A stretch of 64,000 nucleotides of DNA, from assembly GCA_963555815.3 (NCBI GenBank), contig CAUVWX020000001.1, forward strand, positions 988,633 through 1,052,632, in the 5' to 3' direction. The stretch is from a bacterium. GTDB lineage: Bacteria; UBA8248; JACPRG01; G963555815. Shown in pieces: positions 8,791 through 19,384 of the stretch (its first letter is position 1; each line of letters starts with the position of its first letter). The notes under the pieces are model-generated. The model did no database searches. It had not been told where the DNA came from and saw only the letters and a program-made list of their open reading frames with translations. The translations under genes and the position numbers were made by a program.

Positions 8791-8901
8791 TTAACTAGTT
8801 GTTTTTAAAGGAAAAAACGAACGGGGTGGTCCTTTTCAGGACCCGCTACAGATATAGCCTAGATGTCCGTGAAGAGAAGAATCGTGGGGGGAGCCCCCGT
8901 A
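8791..8901 (-). promoter_or_regulatory. Conserved 111-nt 5'-leader element, copy A (candidate cis-regulatory RNA upstream of cysH)
   Basis: 100 of 111 nt are identical to 9880-9990 in the same orientation relative to the downstream gene. The RNA sense contains GGACA..GGGUCCUGAAAAGGACC, where two GGAC segments compete for one GUCC, followed by a U6 tract. Confidence 0.5.
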
Positions 8902-8970
8902 ACTGAGAGGCAAATTCTTCGAATATGCTGAGTAGATAACCATCATTCCCTTCCTCAGTCTGAATAACCT

Positions 8971-8999
8971 ACCTTAACTTCGAGGCAGAACCCTGTCAA
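8971..8999 (-). promoter_or_regulatory. Promoter of the cysH-sir leader (TTGACA-17-TAAGGT)
   Basis: On the minus strand, TTGACA is at 8999-8994 and TAAGGT at 8976-8971. The 19-nt block GAACCCTGTCAAGCAAAAA is identical in copy B. Confidence 0.5.
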
Positions 9000-9061
9000 G
9001 CAAAAAAATCAAACAATTCGCCTCAAAAGGGCCGAAAATTCTTTAGGGCATCCCTCGTCAC

Positions 9062-9826
9062 TTAGAGGGCCATTCTTAGGCCTGAGAGCAAGAGGACTCC
9101 AGCCAAGATTGCCCGAAGAGCCCTGATGGGGACCCTTGAAGCCAGGCGAGCGCCCAAAAGGACGCCCGGGATCGATCCCACGAGGATCTGGGCCGCGAGG
9201 GTGACGTCCACGGTCCCCAGGGAGAAATGGCCCATCCCAGCCAGTCCGAGAAGCAGGACCGCGTGGGCGATGTCTGTCCCCACGACCTCCCTGACGGTGA
9301 GCGAGGAGCTGACCAGAAGGAGGGCCACGATGATTGTCCCCGAGCCCACCGAAGTCACTGTGACCAGGAATCCCACGGCAGCGCCCGTCACAATCAAGGC
9401 GCGATTCGAGAGGAGAAGATCCTTCTTGCGCCGGATAAAGTCCGGGGCCTTCCTGCCAAGAAAGATTAAGAAGGCGATCAGGATGAGCGTAAAGCCCAAG
9501 GCGTGGCGGACGATCTCATCCAATCGGGCCCCGTTACTCCCTTTGAGGACGGCGAGAAAGAGGATCCCGACCGCCGCTCCCGGCAGGCTCCCCATCGCCA
9601 GTCGCTTCACCATGTTGAAATTGATGTTCGCCTGGCGATAGTGTTGGAACGCCCCAAAGACCTTCGTTACAAATCCGTACAAGAGGTCTGTCCCCACGGC
9701 CACGACGGGGCGCACGCCCATCAGGATCAAAAGGGGCGTCATCAGGGCGCCGCCCCCCATTCCCGTGAGCCCCACTAATATCCCAACACCGAAGCCCGCG
9801 AGGGCGATATAAAGGTCAAACTCCAT
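9062..9826 (-). CDS. TauE/SafE family sulfite/organosulfonate exporter-like membrane protein
   Basis: The track ORF 9062-9859 was trimmed to the ATG at 9826 (MEFDLYIALAGFGVGILVGLTGMGGGALMTP), which is preceded by GGAG. It is a polytopic membrane protein with the Gly-rich TauE-type motif. Confidence 0.82.
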   Translation of the reverse strand: MEFDLYIALAGFGVGILVGLTGMGGGALMTPLLILMGVRPVVAVGTDLLYGFVTKVFGAFQHYRQANINFNMVKRLAMGSLPGAAVGILFLAVLKGSNGARLDEIVRHALGFTLILIAFLIFLGRKAPDFIRRKKDLLLSNRALIVTGAAVGFLVTVTSVGSGTIIVALLLVSSSLTVREVVGTDIAHAVLLLGLAGMGHFSLGTVDVTLAAQILVGSIPGVLLGARLASRVPIRALRAILAGVLLLSGLRMAL

Positions 9827-9879
9827 CCAAACACTCCACGAAGAATTCTCGCCGCACAAAAAAGTGGCGAAAAATTCAG

Positions 9880-9990
9880 TTAACTACTTGTTTTTAAAGG
9901 AAAAAATGAACGAGGTGGTCCTTTTCAGGACCCGCTACAGATACAGCCCAGGTGTCCGTAAAGGGAGGAATCGTGGGGAGAACCCCCGTA
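9880..9990 (-). promoter_or_regulatory. Conserved 111-nt 5'-leader element, copy B (upstream of the TauE-like gene)
   Basis: Paralogous to 8791-8901 at 90% identity. The flanking leader sequence is only about 40% identical but has the same length. Confidence 0.5.
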
Positions 9991-10059
9991 GGTAAGCGGT
10001 AAATCTATTTTGTATCTCAAATCATTAGTCATAGTTCGTTCCCTTTTAGATTTCTATAC

Positions 10060-10088
10060 AGGGTAGGCGCCAAGGCGAACCCTGTCAA
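10060..10088 (-). promoter_or_regulatory. Promoter of the TauE-like gene leader (TTGACA-17-TACCCT)
   Basis: On the minus strand, TTGACA is at 10088-10083 and TACCCT at 10065-10060. It sits at a position homologous to the copy A promoter. Confidence 0.45.
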
Positions 10089-10146
10089 GCAAAAACCCAA
10101 AGGCTTTCCTGGGAGATGAGGATCCCTCGGCGATACCGCGGGAGGG

Positions 10147-11130
10147 CTAAGGCGAAGACATGCGCCAGAGGTGGACCGTGCCGTTCTCTGAGGCTGAGGC
10201 GATGAAGTGGCCATCAGGCGAAAAGGCAATCGAGTGGACCCAGCCCCCATGCCCCTCAAAGAGCTTCACTTCCAGCCCGGTGGACCTATCCCAAACGCGG
10301 ACCGTCTCGTCCACTGACCCAGAGGCCAGTCGTTTGCCATCGGGTGAGAAGGCCACGGAGGAGATAAGATTTTCATGCCCGTGAAAGATTCCCGCATCCT
10401 TCGTAAGGAGTCCCACTTCCTCTGTGTTGATCATGTGTATAACGGTGACCTGATCGGACGAAGAGGCCAGGAGTTTGCCGTCGGACGAAAACGAGACGGA
10501 AAAGATTCGCCATCCATGGTTCGTCATTTTCATCATTTGCAGCTTTGATGAGACGTCCCAGATGCGGACGCTGTTGTCAAATGACCCAGAGGCCAGGAGT
10601 TTGCCATCGGGTGAAAAGACAACAGAACGGACCTGGCGAGTATGTCCCTCGAGACGTGCTATTTCCTTCCCTGTGGACACATCCCAGAGGCGGATAGTGT
10701 TGTCAGCTGACCCAGAGGCCAGAAGACGGCCATCAGGTGAGAAAGCGACGGAGTTGACCGACTTTCCGTGCCCCAGCAGTCTCTTTATTTCTTGCCCTGA
10801 GGACACATCCCAGAGGCGGATAGTGTTGTCCCATGACCCTGTGGCCAGGACGCGGCCGTCGGGCGAGAAGGAGACGGCACCGACCATCATCTGATGGCCA
10901 TCAAGTTCTCTTAGCTCCTTCCCTGAGGAGACCTCCCAGAGGCGAACGGTTGTGTCACTAGACCCTGAGGCGACGAGGCGACTGTCAGGCGAAAAGGTGA
11001 CTGCGTGGACTGAGCCCTCGTGCCCATTGAGGACCTGGGCATCTTCATCTCCAGCGAAGGCGAGAGACGCCGCGAGCAGGACAGGAAAAATGAAAATCAA
11101 GGCCTGAAGGGGCCACCGACGCGTGGGCAT
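10147..11130 (-). CDS. Exported WD40-repeat beta-propeller protein
   Basis: 327 aa with seven units of the type GH...V.SVAFSPDG..LASGS.D.T.RLWD. The N-terminus MPTRRWPLQALIFIFPVLLAASLAFA looks like a signal peptide. GAGGAG lies upstream of the ATG. Confidence 0.88.
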   Translation of the reverse strand: MPTRRWPLQALIFIFPVLLAASLAFAGDEDAQVLNGHEGSVHAVTFSPDSRLVASGSSDTTVRLWEVSSGKELRELDGHQMMVGAVSFSPDGRVLATGSWDNTIRLWDVSSGQEIKRLLGHGKSVNSVAFSPDGRLLASGSADNTIRLWDVSTGKEIARLEGHTRQVRSVVFSPDGKLLASGSFDNSVRIWDVSSKLQMMKMTNHGWRIFSVSFSSDGKLLASSSDQVTVIHMINTEEVGLLTKDAGIFHGHENLISSVAFSPDGKRLASGSVDETVRVWDRSTGLEVKLFEGHGGWVHSIAFSPDGHFIASASENGTVHLWRMSSP

Positions 11131-11273
11131 TTTAGTCTCCTCTAATTTCTATATCAGAAGGCTTCCCGCCTGGATTCCAGCTTCGAGTGAATCACAGTGC
11201 AAATTGTAACCCAAGGTTGACCGTGGGGGCAAACCCGATGGGTTATCTACTGCCTTGGACCATCAGAAGGCCC

Positions 11274-12125
11274 CTACGGGGAAACCGTCCACAGGCGAAT
11301 GGAGCTGTCACCCGTTCCTCTAGCGAAGTGACGGCCATCTGGCGAGGAGGCGGACGAGTCGATCCAATCTACGCCCCCCTCGGGTCTCTCCGCCGGTTCC
11401 CCCGTTGCGACCTCCCAGAGATGGATGATGATGATATGACTCCCCTCCCCCGAGGCGAGGAGACGGCCGTCGGGCGAGAAGGTGACGGCGTTGACCCCGT
11501 GTCTATGCCCCCCCATGCTTCTTAATTCTCTCCCTGTGGACACATCCCAGAGGCGGGCGGTCTTGTCCTCTGACCCAGAGGCCAGGAGACGGCCATCGGG
11601 AGAAAAAGAGACGGAGAAGACGGCCTTCCTGTGCCCGCTCAGAAGTCCAATGTGTCTCCCGGTTGGGACCTCCCAGAGGCGTATCGTCTTGTCCCTTGAC
11701 CCCGAGGCAAGGAGGCGACCGTCAGGAGAGAAGGAGAGGGAGTAGATCCAGTCTCCATGGCCCTCGAGGTTCCCCAACCCTTTCCCTGAGGACACGTCCC
11801 AGAGACGAACGGAGCTGTCCTTTGACCCTGAGGCGAGGAGGCGACCGTTGGGCGAAAACCGAGTGGAGTAAACCCAGTCGCTATGCCCCTCCAGGCTTCT
11901 CAATTCTTTCCCTGAGGACACATCCCAGAGACGAACGGAACCATCCGTTGACCCTGAGGCGAGAAGGCGACCGTCGGGAGAGAAGGAGAGGGAGAGGACC
12001 GGGCCCTCATGCCCTTTCAGGATCCGGACCTCCTCCTCCGACTCCGCGGGAAAGGCAGAGGGTCTCGCCAGAAGGATGAGAACGAGGATAATCAAAATTC
12101 GAAGAGGCCACCGACGTGCGCGCAT
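11274..12125 (-). CDS. Exported WD40-repeat beta-propeller protein (paralog)
   Basis: The track ORF 11274-12179 was trimmed to the ATG at 12125 (MRARRWPLRILIILVLILLARPSAFPA), which is preceded by GGAGGAGGG. The WD40 units resemble those of 10147-11130. Confidence 0.85.
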   Translation of the reverse strand: MRARRWPLRILIILVLILLARPSAFPAESEEEVRILKGHEGPVLSLSFSPDGRLLASGSTDGSVRLWDVSSGKELRSLEGHSDWVYSTRFSPNGRLLASGSKDSSVRLWDVSSGKGLGNLEGHGDWIYSLSFSPDGRLLASGSRDKTIRLWEVPTGRHIGLLSGHRKAVFSVSFSPDGRLLASGSEDKTARLWDVSTGRELRSMGGHRHGVNAVTFSPDGRLLASGEGSHIIIIHLWEVATGEPAERPEGGVDWIDSSASSPDGRHFARGTGDSSIRLWTVSP

Positions 12126-12286
12126 CTCACCCTCCTCCGTTTTCATTAGGCTTGGGGAGTTCCCTCGTGATATGGCCACTGGACAAATCGTAACATAAAT
12201 CGTAGCACATCATGGCGGTCCCGGCGACCCGGCGGGCGTCCACGACTATCTTGAACCAGCGCATCACCCCGAGTATCCTTGATCCC

Positions 12287-13093
12287 ATGCGCCTTGTCTT
12301 TTCCCTTCTATGCTGCTTATTTGCAGGTCCTGCGCTTGCCCAGGACCTCCCCATCTTCGACGCCCACATCCACTACAATCGGTCCGCCTGGGAAAGTTTG
12401 AGCCCTGAGACCGTCCTCTTCATCCTGAACCGGGCAGGTGTCGACCGAGCTCTCGTCTCGAGCACCCCCGACGACGGGACCCTTCTCCTTCACGAAACGG
12501 CCCCCGGACGCATCGTCCCCTTCCTCCGTCCCTACCGCTCCGACGCGGACGTCGCGGCCTGGACGAGAGATCCGTCCGTTCTGGACTACGTGGAAGAAAG
12601 GCTCGAGCGGGGGATCTACCGGGGAATCGGCGAATTCCACCTGGGGCCGGGAGACGCGGCCTCGCCCGTCGTCGTTGGGATCCACCGCATGGCGGCCCGC
12701 CAAGGGCTCTTTCTCCACGCCCACACTGACGACGTGGCCGTTGAGGAACTTCTTTAACTGAAGCCGGAGGTCCCCATCCTCTGGGCCCACGCTGGGATGA
12801 GCGCCTCCGCTGACACGGTTGGACGACTCCTGGAGCGCTACCAAACCCTCTGGGTCGAGCTCTCCCTTCGCTTTGATGTGGCCCCGGGTGGAACCCTCGA
12901 TCCGGCCTGGCGCTCTCTCTTCCTTCGGTTCCCGGACCGCTTCATGGTGGGGACCGACACCTGGGTCAACGCTCAGTGGCAGAGGCTTCCGGGGATCATC
13001 GGTCGTTTCCGGGTTTGGCTTCGCCAGCTTTCCCCTGACGTGGCCAAGCAAATCGCCTCCGAAAACGCCGAACGTCTCTTTGGAGGACAGTGA
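12287..13093 (+). pseudogene. Amidohydrolase-2 (TIM-barrel metal hydrolase) family gene interrupted by in-frame TAA at 12755-12757
   Basis: Track ORFs 12212-12757 and 12797-13093 share a frame. The junction reads HAHTDDVAVEELL-TAA-LKPEVPILWAHAGM. The N-terminal motif is IFDAHIHY, and a signal-like N-terminus MRLVFSLLCCLFAGPALA starts at the ATG at 12287. Confidence 0.7.
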
Positions 13094-13206
13094 GGCGGAT
13101 CTTCAGGGAGTTTGTGTGCGCCGCTTGGATTTCGCGGTCTTGTAACCTGAAGAGAAGTCTGTGAGAATCCAATGTGTGGTTTTCTCTCAAATGAGGAAAA
13201 AGAAAG

Positions 13207-14511
13207 GTGAAAAAAGAGACCTCTCGGGCTAAAGAGGTTCGCCGAAAGGCCCGTGAATACCTCCTGGGGATGATGACGTACTACGAGGAGCCCCTGGTCA
13301 TTGAGCGAGGGCAGGGGGCGACGGTGGTCGATATCGAGGGCCGGGAGTACCTCGACTTCTTCGCCGGGATCGTCACCGTGGGCCTCGGGCACTGTCATCA
13401 GGCCGTGACGGAGCGGACGGCCGAGCAGGCGAGGACCCTTCAGCACGCCTCGACGCTTTATCTGACGGAGCCCCTGGTCGATCTGGGAGAGAGACTGGCC
13501 GAGATCACGCCGGGGCGCCTGAAGAAAAGCTTCTTCACCAGCAGCGGCACCGAGGCCAACGAGACCGCCGTCCTCCTCGCCCGAAACCACACCGGGAGAA
13601 ATGAAATTCTGGCCCTTCGCCAAGGCTACACGGGCCGCTCCTCCCTCGCCATGGGTCTGGCGGGCCAGTCCGACTGGCGCCTTCCGGGGTCGGATGTCGG
13701 GGGGATCGTCCACGCGCCCGGCCCTTACTGCTACCGTTGCCCCTATGAGAAGACCTACCCGAGCTGCGACCTGGTCTGCGCCCGGGACCTCGAGGATGTC
13801 ATCCAGACCTCCACCTCCGGGAAGATCGCGGCCTTCATCGCCGAGCCCATCCAGGGGCTGGGGGGATTCATCACTCCCCCCAAGGAGTATTTCCAGATCG
13901 CCGTCGAGATCGTCCGAAAGTACGGAGGGATTTTTATCTGCGATGAGGTCCAAACAGGCTTTGGACGAACGGGCACCAAGATGTTCGGCATCGAGCACTA
14001 CGGGGTCGAGCCTGAGATTATGACCTTCGCCAAGTCCCTGGCCAACGGGACCCCCATCGGTGCCACCATCGCCGTCCCTGAAGTGGCCGACAGCCTAAAA
14101 GGTTTTACCATCTCCACCTTCGGCGGAAACGCGGTGTCAATGGCGGCGGCCGGGGCCACCCTGGACGTCATCATCGGGGAAAATCTGGTCCAGAACGCCC
14201 AGGAGATTGGGGTTTATTTCAGGGAGCGCCTGGAGGGGCTGAAGGAAAAGCACCCCCTCATCGGGGACGTTCGCGGGATGGGTCTCATCCAGGCCATCGA
14301 GCTCGTCGAGGAGGGAAAGAGGCCGGCCCCGGAGGCGACCCACAGACTTTTTGAGGAGACAAAAAAGAGAGGGCTTCTTATCGGCAGGGGGGGGATCTAC
14401 CGAAACGTCGTCCGCTTCACCCCTCCCCTCAATATCCATAAGGCCGACGTGGACCAGGCGGTCCAAATCCTGGACGCTTCCCTAGACACTGTCCAGACCC
14501 AACAGAAATGA
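13207..14511 (+). CDS. Class-III (omega) pyridoxal-phosphate aminotransferase
   Basis: 434 aa with class-III aminotransferase motifs (FFTSSGTEANE, FIAEPIQGLGG, DEVQTGFGRTG, TFAKSLANG). Confidence 0.88.
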   Translation: MKKETSRAKEVRRKAREYLLGMMTYYEEPLVIERGQGATVVDIEGREYLDFFAGIVTVGLGHCHQAVTERTAEQARTLQHASTLYLTEPLVDLGERLAEITPGRLKKSFFTSSGTEANETAVLLARNHTGRNEILALRQGYTGRSSLAMGLAGQSDWRLPGSDVGGIVHAPGPYCYRCPYEKTYPSCDLVCARDLEDVIQTSTSGKIAAFIAEPIQGLGGFITPPKEYFQIAVEIVRKYGGIFICDEVQTGFGRTGTKMFGIEHYGVEPEIMTFAKSLANGTPIGATIAVPEVADSLKGFTISTFGGNAVSMAAAGATLDVIIGENLVQNAQEIGVYFRERLEGLKEKHPLIGDVRGMGLIQAIELVEEGKRPAPEATHRLFEETKKRGLLIGRGGIYRNVVRFTPPLNIHKADVDQAVQILDASLDTVQTQQK

Positions 14512-14551
14512 CAGGCCTCCCGCCCTTTTCCCCGCGGGCGACCTGGCCGCA

Positions 14552-16520
<1,969 letters not shown>

Positions 16521-16623
16521 ACCGGAGATAAAGATAGCATAAACCCAAAAAAGTGACAAGAGGCGAGGTGTCAAAACAACAAAAGCAAGAGGTTTGCCCC
16601 TTCGATTCGGCGGTGGACACACT

Positions 16624-17421
16624 TCAAAGGCGCTTCGGTGAGGAAGAGGATTTCAGGCCTTCCTGAAGGGTTGCCAGCATGGCCAAGTGGAGTATCCCGT
16701 TGCTGGCCGCTGTCTCCCGTCCGTAGAGAATGTCACCTCCGTCGCGAAAGTCCGTTACCCGGCCCCCTGCCTCCTGCACGATGAGGGCGCCGGCAGCCAC
16801 GTCCCAGGGGGACAGCTTGAGCTCCCAGAAACCGTCGAGCCGTCCGGCCGCTACGTAGGAAAGATCTAAGGCAGCCGCCCCTCCCCGGCGGACACCTTGT
16901 GTCCTTAGCGCAAACCTTGCGAAGTGGTCCAGGTTATTCTCGGCGCTCTCGCGCTTGTCGTAGGGGAATCCCGTGGCGAGTAGGGCCTCGTTAAGGGAGG
17001 GGATCTGGGAAACCCGAATCGGGGAGCCGTTCATCTTCGTCCCCCCACCCCGCTCGGCCGAGAAGAGCTCATCGCGAAGGGGGTCGTAGACGGCCCCCAG
17101 GATTAGTTTCCCTCTATCCGCGAGGGCGATGGAGACGCAAAAGCAGGGATAGCCGTGGGCGTAATTGTTGGTCCCGTCCAAGGGGTCCACCACCCAAAGC
17201 GGTTCTGCGGTCTTCCCTTGCCCTTCCTCCGTGAGGATTCCGTAGTCGGGATAGGAGGCCTGAAGCCGGGCGAGGATGAGGTCTTCAGACTTCAGATCCA
17301 TGGCCGTCACGAGGTGAACGGCCCCCTTGAACTCGATCTCCTGAGGCTCACCGAAGTGGGAGCGGAGGAGATCACCCGCCTCCCTGGCGATGGCCGCCAC
17401 CTCCTGAAGTCTTGGGTCCAC
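16624..17421 (-). CDS. suhB: Inositol monophosphatase family protein (SuhB-like)
   Basis: The track ORF 16624-17484 was trimmed to the GTG at 17421, which is preceded by GGGAGG at a 9-nt spacing. IMPase motifs are present (VVDPLDGTNNYAHG, WDVAAGALIVQEAGG). Confidence 0.85.
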   Translation of the reverse strand: MDPRLQEVAAIAREAGDLLRSHFGEPQEIEFKGAVHLVTAMDLKSEDLILARLQASYPDYGILTEEGQGKTAEPLWVVDPLDGTNNYAHGYPCFCVSIALADRGKLILGAVYDPLRDELFSAERGGGTKMNGSPIRVSQIPSLNEALLATGFPYDKRESAENNLDHFARFALRTQGVRRGGAAALDLSYVAAGRLDGFWELKLSPWDVAAGALIVQEAGGRVTDFRDGGDILYGRETAASNGILHLAMLATLQEGLKSSSSPKRL

Positions 17422-17581
17422 GTGATCTGACCTCCCTGCAATGAAGGTGCGTTCTCGGAAAAAACACCCTACACAAAACGACACATCACACGAACACTTT
17501 TTTTGCCCCTTTCGCCATGCGCTTCCTTTTGATAGCGTGGAGCCCCTTGGCGAATCTTTTCTTTAGAAAGGCAACTCTGAC

Positions 17582-18727
17582 TTGGAAGAGCGCCTGTTCA
17601 CTCGAAATTTCTCCTTCATCACCGCGGCCAACTTCTTTTTCTTCCTGAGCTATTCCAGCTATCAGCTTTTGCCCCTTCACATCCAGTCCCTGGGAGGAGG
17701 AGAGTCGATCATAGGAGCCGTCATGGGGACGGCCTCCATCAGCGCCCTCTTCCTGATGCCCCTGGTGGGCATCTGGATCGACCGCCTGGGTCGAAAACCC
17801 TTTCTCCTCCTCGGCCAGGCCCTCATGGGACTGGGCGCCCTTGGGTTCCTTCTGGCCGGGTCCTCTTTCTGGCTCTTTGCCCTGCTGCGCTTTGTCCAGG
17901 GTGTAGGTTTTGCCTGCTTCTTTCCCGCCTCGGGGGCCCTGGTGGCGGATTCAGCGCCCAAGGGTCAGCTCGCCCGGGCCTTCGGGGTCTACGGCATCTC
18001 GGGGCTGATCACCCAGGCCATCGCACCCGCCACCGGAGAACTGGTGATCGGCCTGGGGGGATTTTCTTCCCTGTTCGTCCTCACGGCGGTCTACGGGTTC
18101 CTCCCCCTCATCTTCTTGGTCCGCATCGAGGAGAAGGCGCGCGGGGAGCAGAAATCCCTTCCCATTTTTCAGATGATTTCCTCACGGAAGCTTCGCCCAG
18201 TCCTTTTGACTACGGTCCTCGTCGGAGCGGCCATCGGCTCGGTCCTCATCTACGTCGCCACCTTTATCCGAAGCCGGGGAGTCGCGTGGATCGGTCTTTT
18301 TTATATTGCCTACACGGTGATGGCCATCTTCGTACGGGTCTTCTTTGGGAGGGTCTCTGACCATTTCGGATACCGGCGAGTCATCCTCCCGGCTTTGGTG
18401 GGGTTAGCAGTGGCATTGGGTCTCCTCAGCGTGTCGGGGAGCCTTCTGGCCTTCGCGTTCGCCGGCCTCCTGAATGGGGCCAGCCACGGCTTTCTCTACC
18501 CAGCCCTGGGGGCCTTCGCCTTTTCCCAGATGGGGGCGGCCCACCGGGGAAAGGTGATGGCCCTTTTTGCCACCTCTTTTAACGTGGGGATGACTGTCGC
18601 TGCCTTCGGAAACGGTTTCGTGGCCGAGGGCTTGGGCTATGGGTCGATGTATCTCCTGACGGGGGGCCTTGTTCTGGTGGGCGCGGCGGTGTTTTTTTGG
18701 AAGGAGAGACCGGGCTTAGCGAGCTAA
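17582..18727 (+). CDS. MFS transporter
   Basis: 381 aa with about 12 predicted hydrophobic helices and the MFS loop motif GIWIDRLGRKP. Confidence 0.8.
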   Translation: MEERLFTRNFSFITAANFFFFLSYSSYQLLPLHIQSLGGGESIIGAVMGTASISALFLMPLVGIWIDRLGRKPFLLLGQALMGLGALGFLLAGSSFWLFALLRFVQGVGFACFFPASGALVADSAPKGQLARAFGVYGISGLITQAIAPATGELVIGLGGFSSLFVLTAVYGFLPLIFLVRIEEKARGEQKSLPIFQMISSRKLRPVLLTTVLVGAAIGSVLIYVATFIRSRGVAWIGLFYIAYTVMAIFVRVFFGRVSDHFGYRRVILPALVGLAVALGLLSVSGSLLAFAFAGLLNGASHGFLYPALGAFAFSQMGAAHRGKVMALFATSFNVGMTVAAFGNGFVAEGLGYGSMYLLTGGLVLVGAAVFFWKERPGLAS

Positions 18728-18758
18728 AGTCTCTTTTGCGCCGCTCTTTTGGCGGGTG

Positions 18759-19310
18759 TCAGGGCGCCTTGAAGATCGAGCAATCCGATCGTCCTTCCCA
18801 GATCAGTATGCTTTTACTCTCTGAGGCAGCTTCCTGTTGGCTGGCTTTTTTAAAGACATCGGAGGCGAGCTCGGCGAGGTCGGAAGGAGGATTCTCGATA
18901 TCCGAGAGCATTCTTGCAGACATGTATTCTCGCGTGGCGCAGAGGTAGTTCGCTAATGCATAATGAACATCCCCCCGTCCAAGATGGGCGTCCGCCAAAC
19001 CCACGTCGATGGTTTTGAGCGAGCCGCTTGCCTCTGCATCCTTTTGTCCAATAAGAAGCTCCCTCGCTTCTTCAAAGGTTTTTATGGTTTCCGTAAACGC
19101 GGATCCTGCGTCCTCAAGACGGTATTGCTTCAGATGCGTCACCCCGGCCTCGAAATGCTCGAAAGCGCGGTCCGTGATTTCATTAAGCTGAGGGCCGCCG
19201 TTACCCGCCAGAATGAACATCCCCGTCGCGAACGTCAGTGACCACAGCCGTCCGGAGCGGGGCCGATGAGCGCGAAACGTCCAGCGACGCAAGTTCAGCT
19301 TAAGCCGCAT
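18759..19310 (-). CDS. Hypothetical exported protein (paralog of 19385-19900; lipobox Cys lost)
   Basis: The track ORF was trimmed to the ATG at 19310 (MRLKLNL..). It aligns with its neighbour over the helical repeat-like region (FE.G..HL.Q.RLE.AG..FT..I.TFEEAR ... AHL.RG). LAGNGG stands in place of LAGCAG. Confidence 0.55.
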   Translation of the reverse strand: MRLKLNLRRWTFRAHRPRSGRLWSLTFATGMFILAGNGGPQLNEITDRAFEHFEAGVTHLKQYRLEDAGSAFTETIKTFEEARELLIGQKDAEASGSLKTIDVGLADAHLGRGDVHYALANYLCATREYMSARMLSDIENPPSDLAELASDVFKKASQQEAASESKSILIWEGRSDCSIFKAP

Positions 19311-19384
19311 CCTTTTGGTCCCCTTTCCCGCCCGCGTCCACTCTTGGACCCGGGGAATCTCCCCTCTAGCGCGCTTTAGGGCGC

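Noticed and set aside
8791-8901. Assignment of the duplicated leader core to a known riboswitch class (SAM-I/S-box, SAM-II/V, SAM-IV, SAH, T-box, guanidine, fluoride)
   Set aside because: None of the invariant motifs I can recall for these classes is present (for example GGCAACC and GGUGCUAAAUCC for SAM-I, AAAGCUG for SAM-II, or the T-box GGUGGNACCGCG). It is left as unclassified, and a real Rfam scan is needed.
12973-13998. 341-aa minus-strand ORF
   Set aside because: It is antisense to the class-III aminotransferase and the amidohydrolase 3' end. It has no motifs and a shadow-ORF composition.
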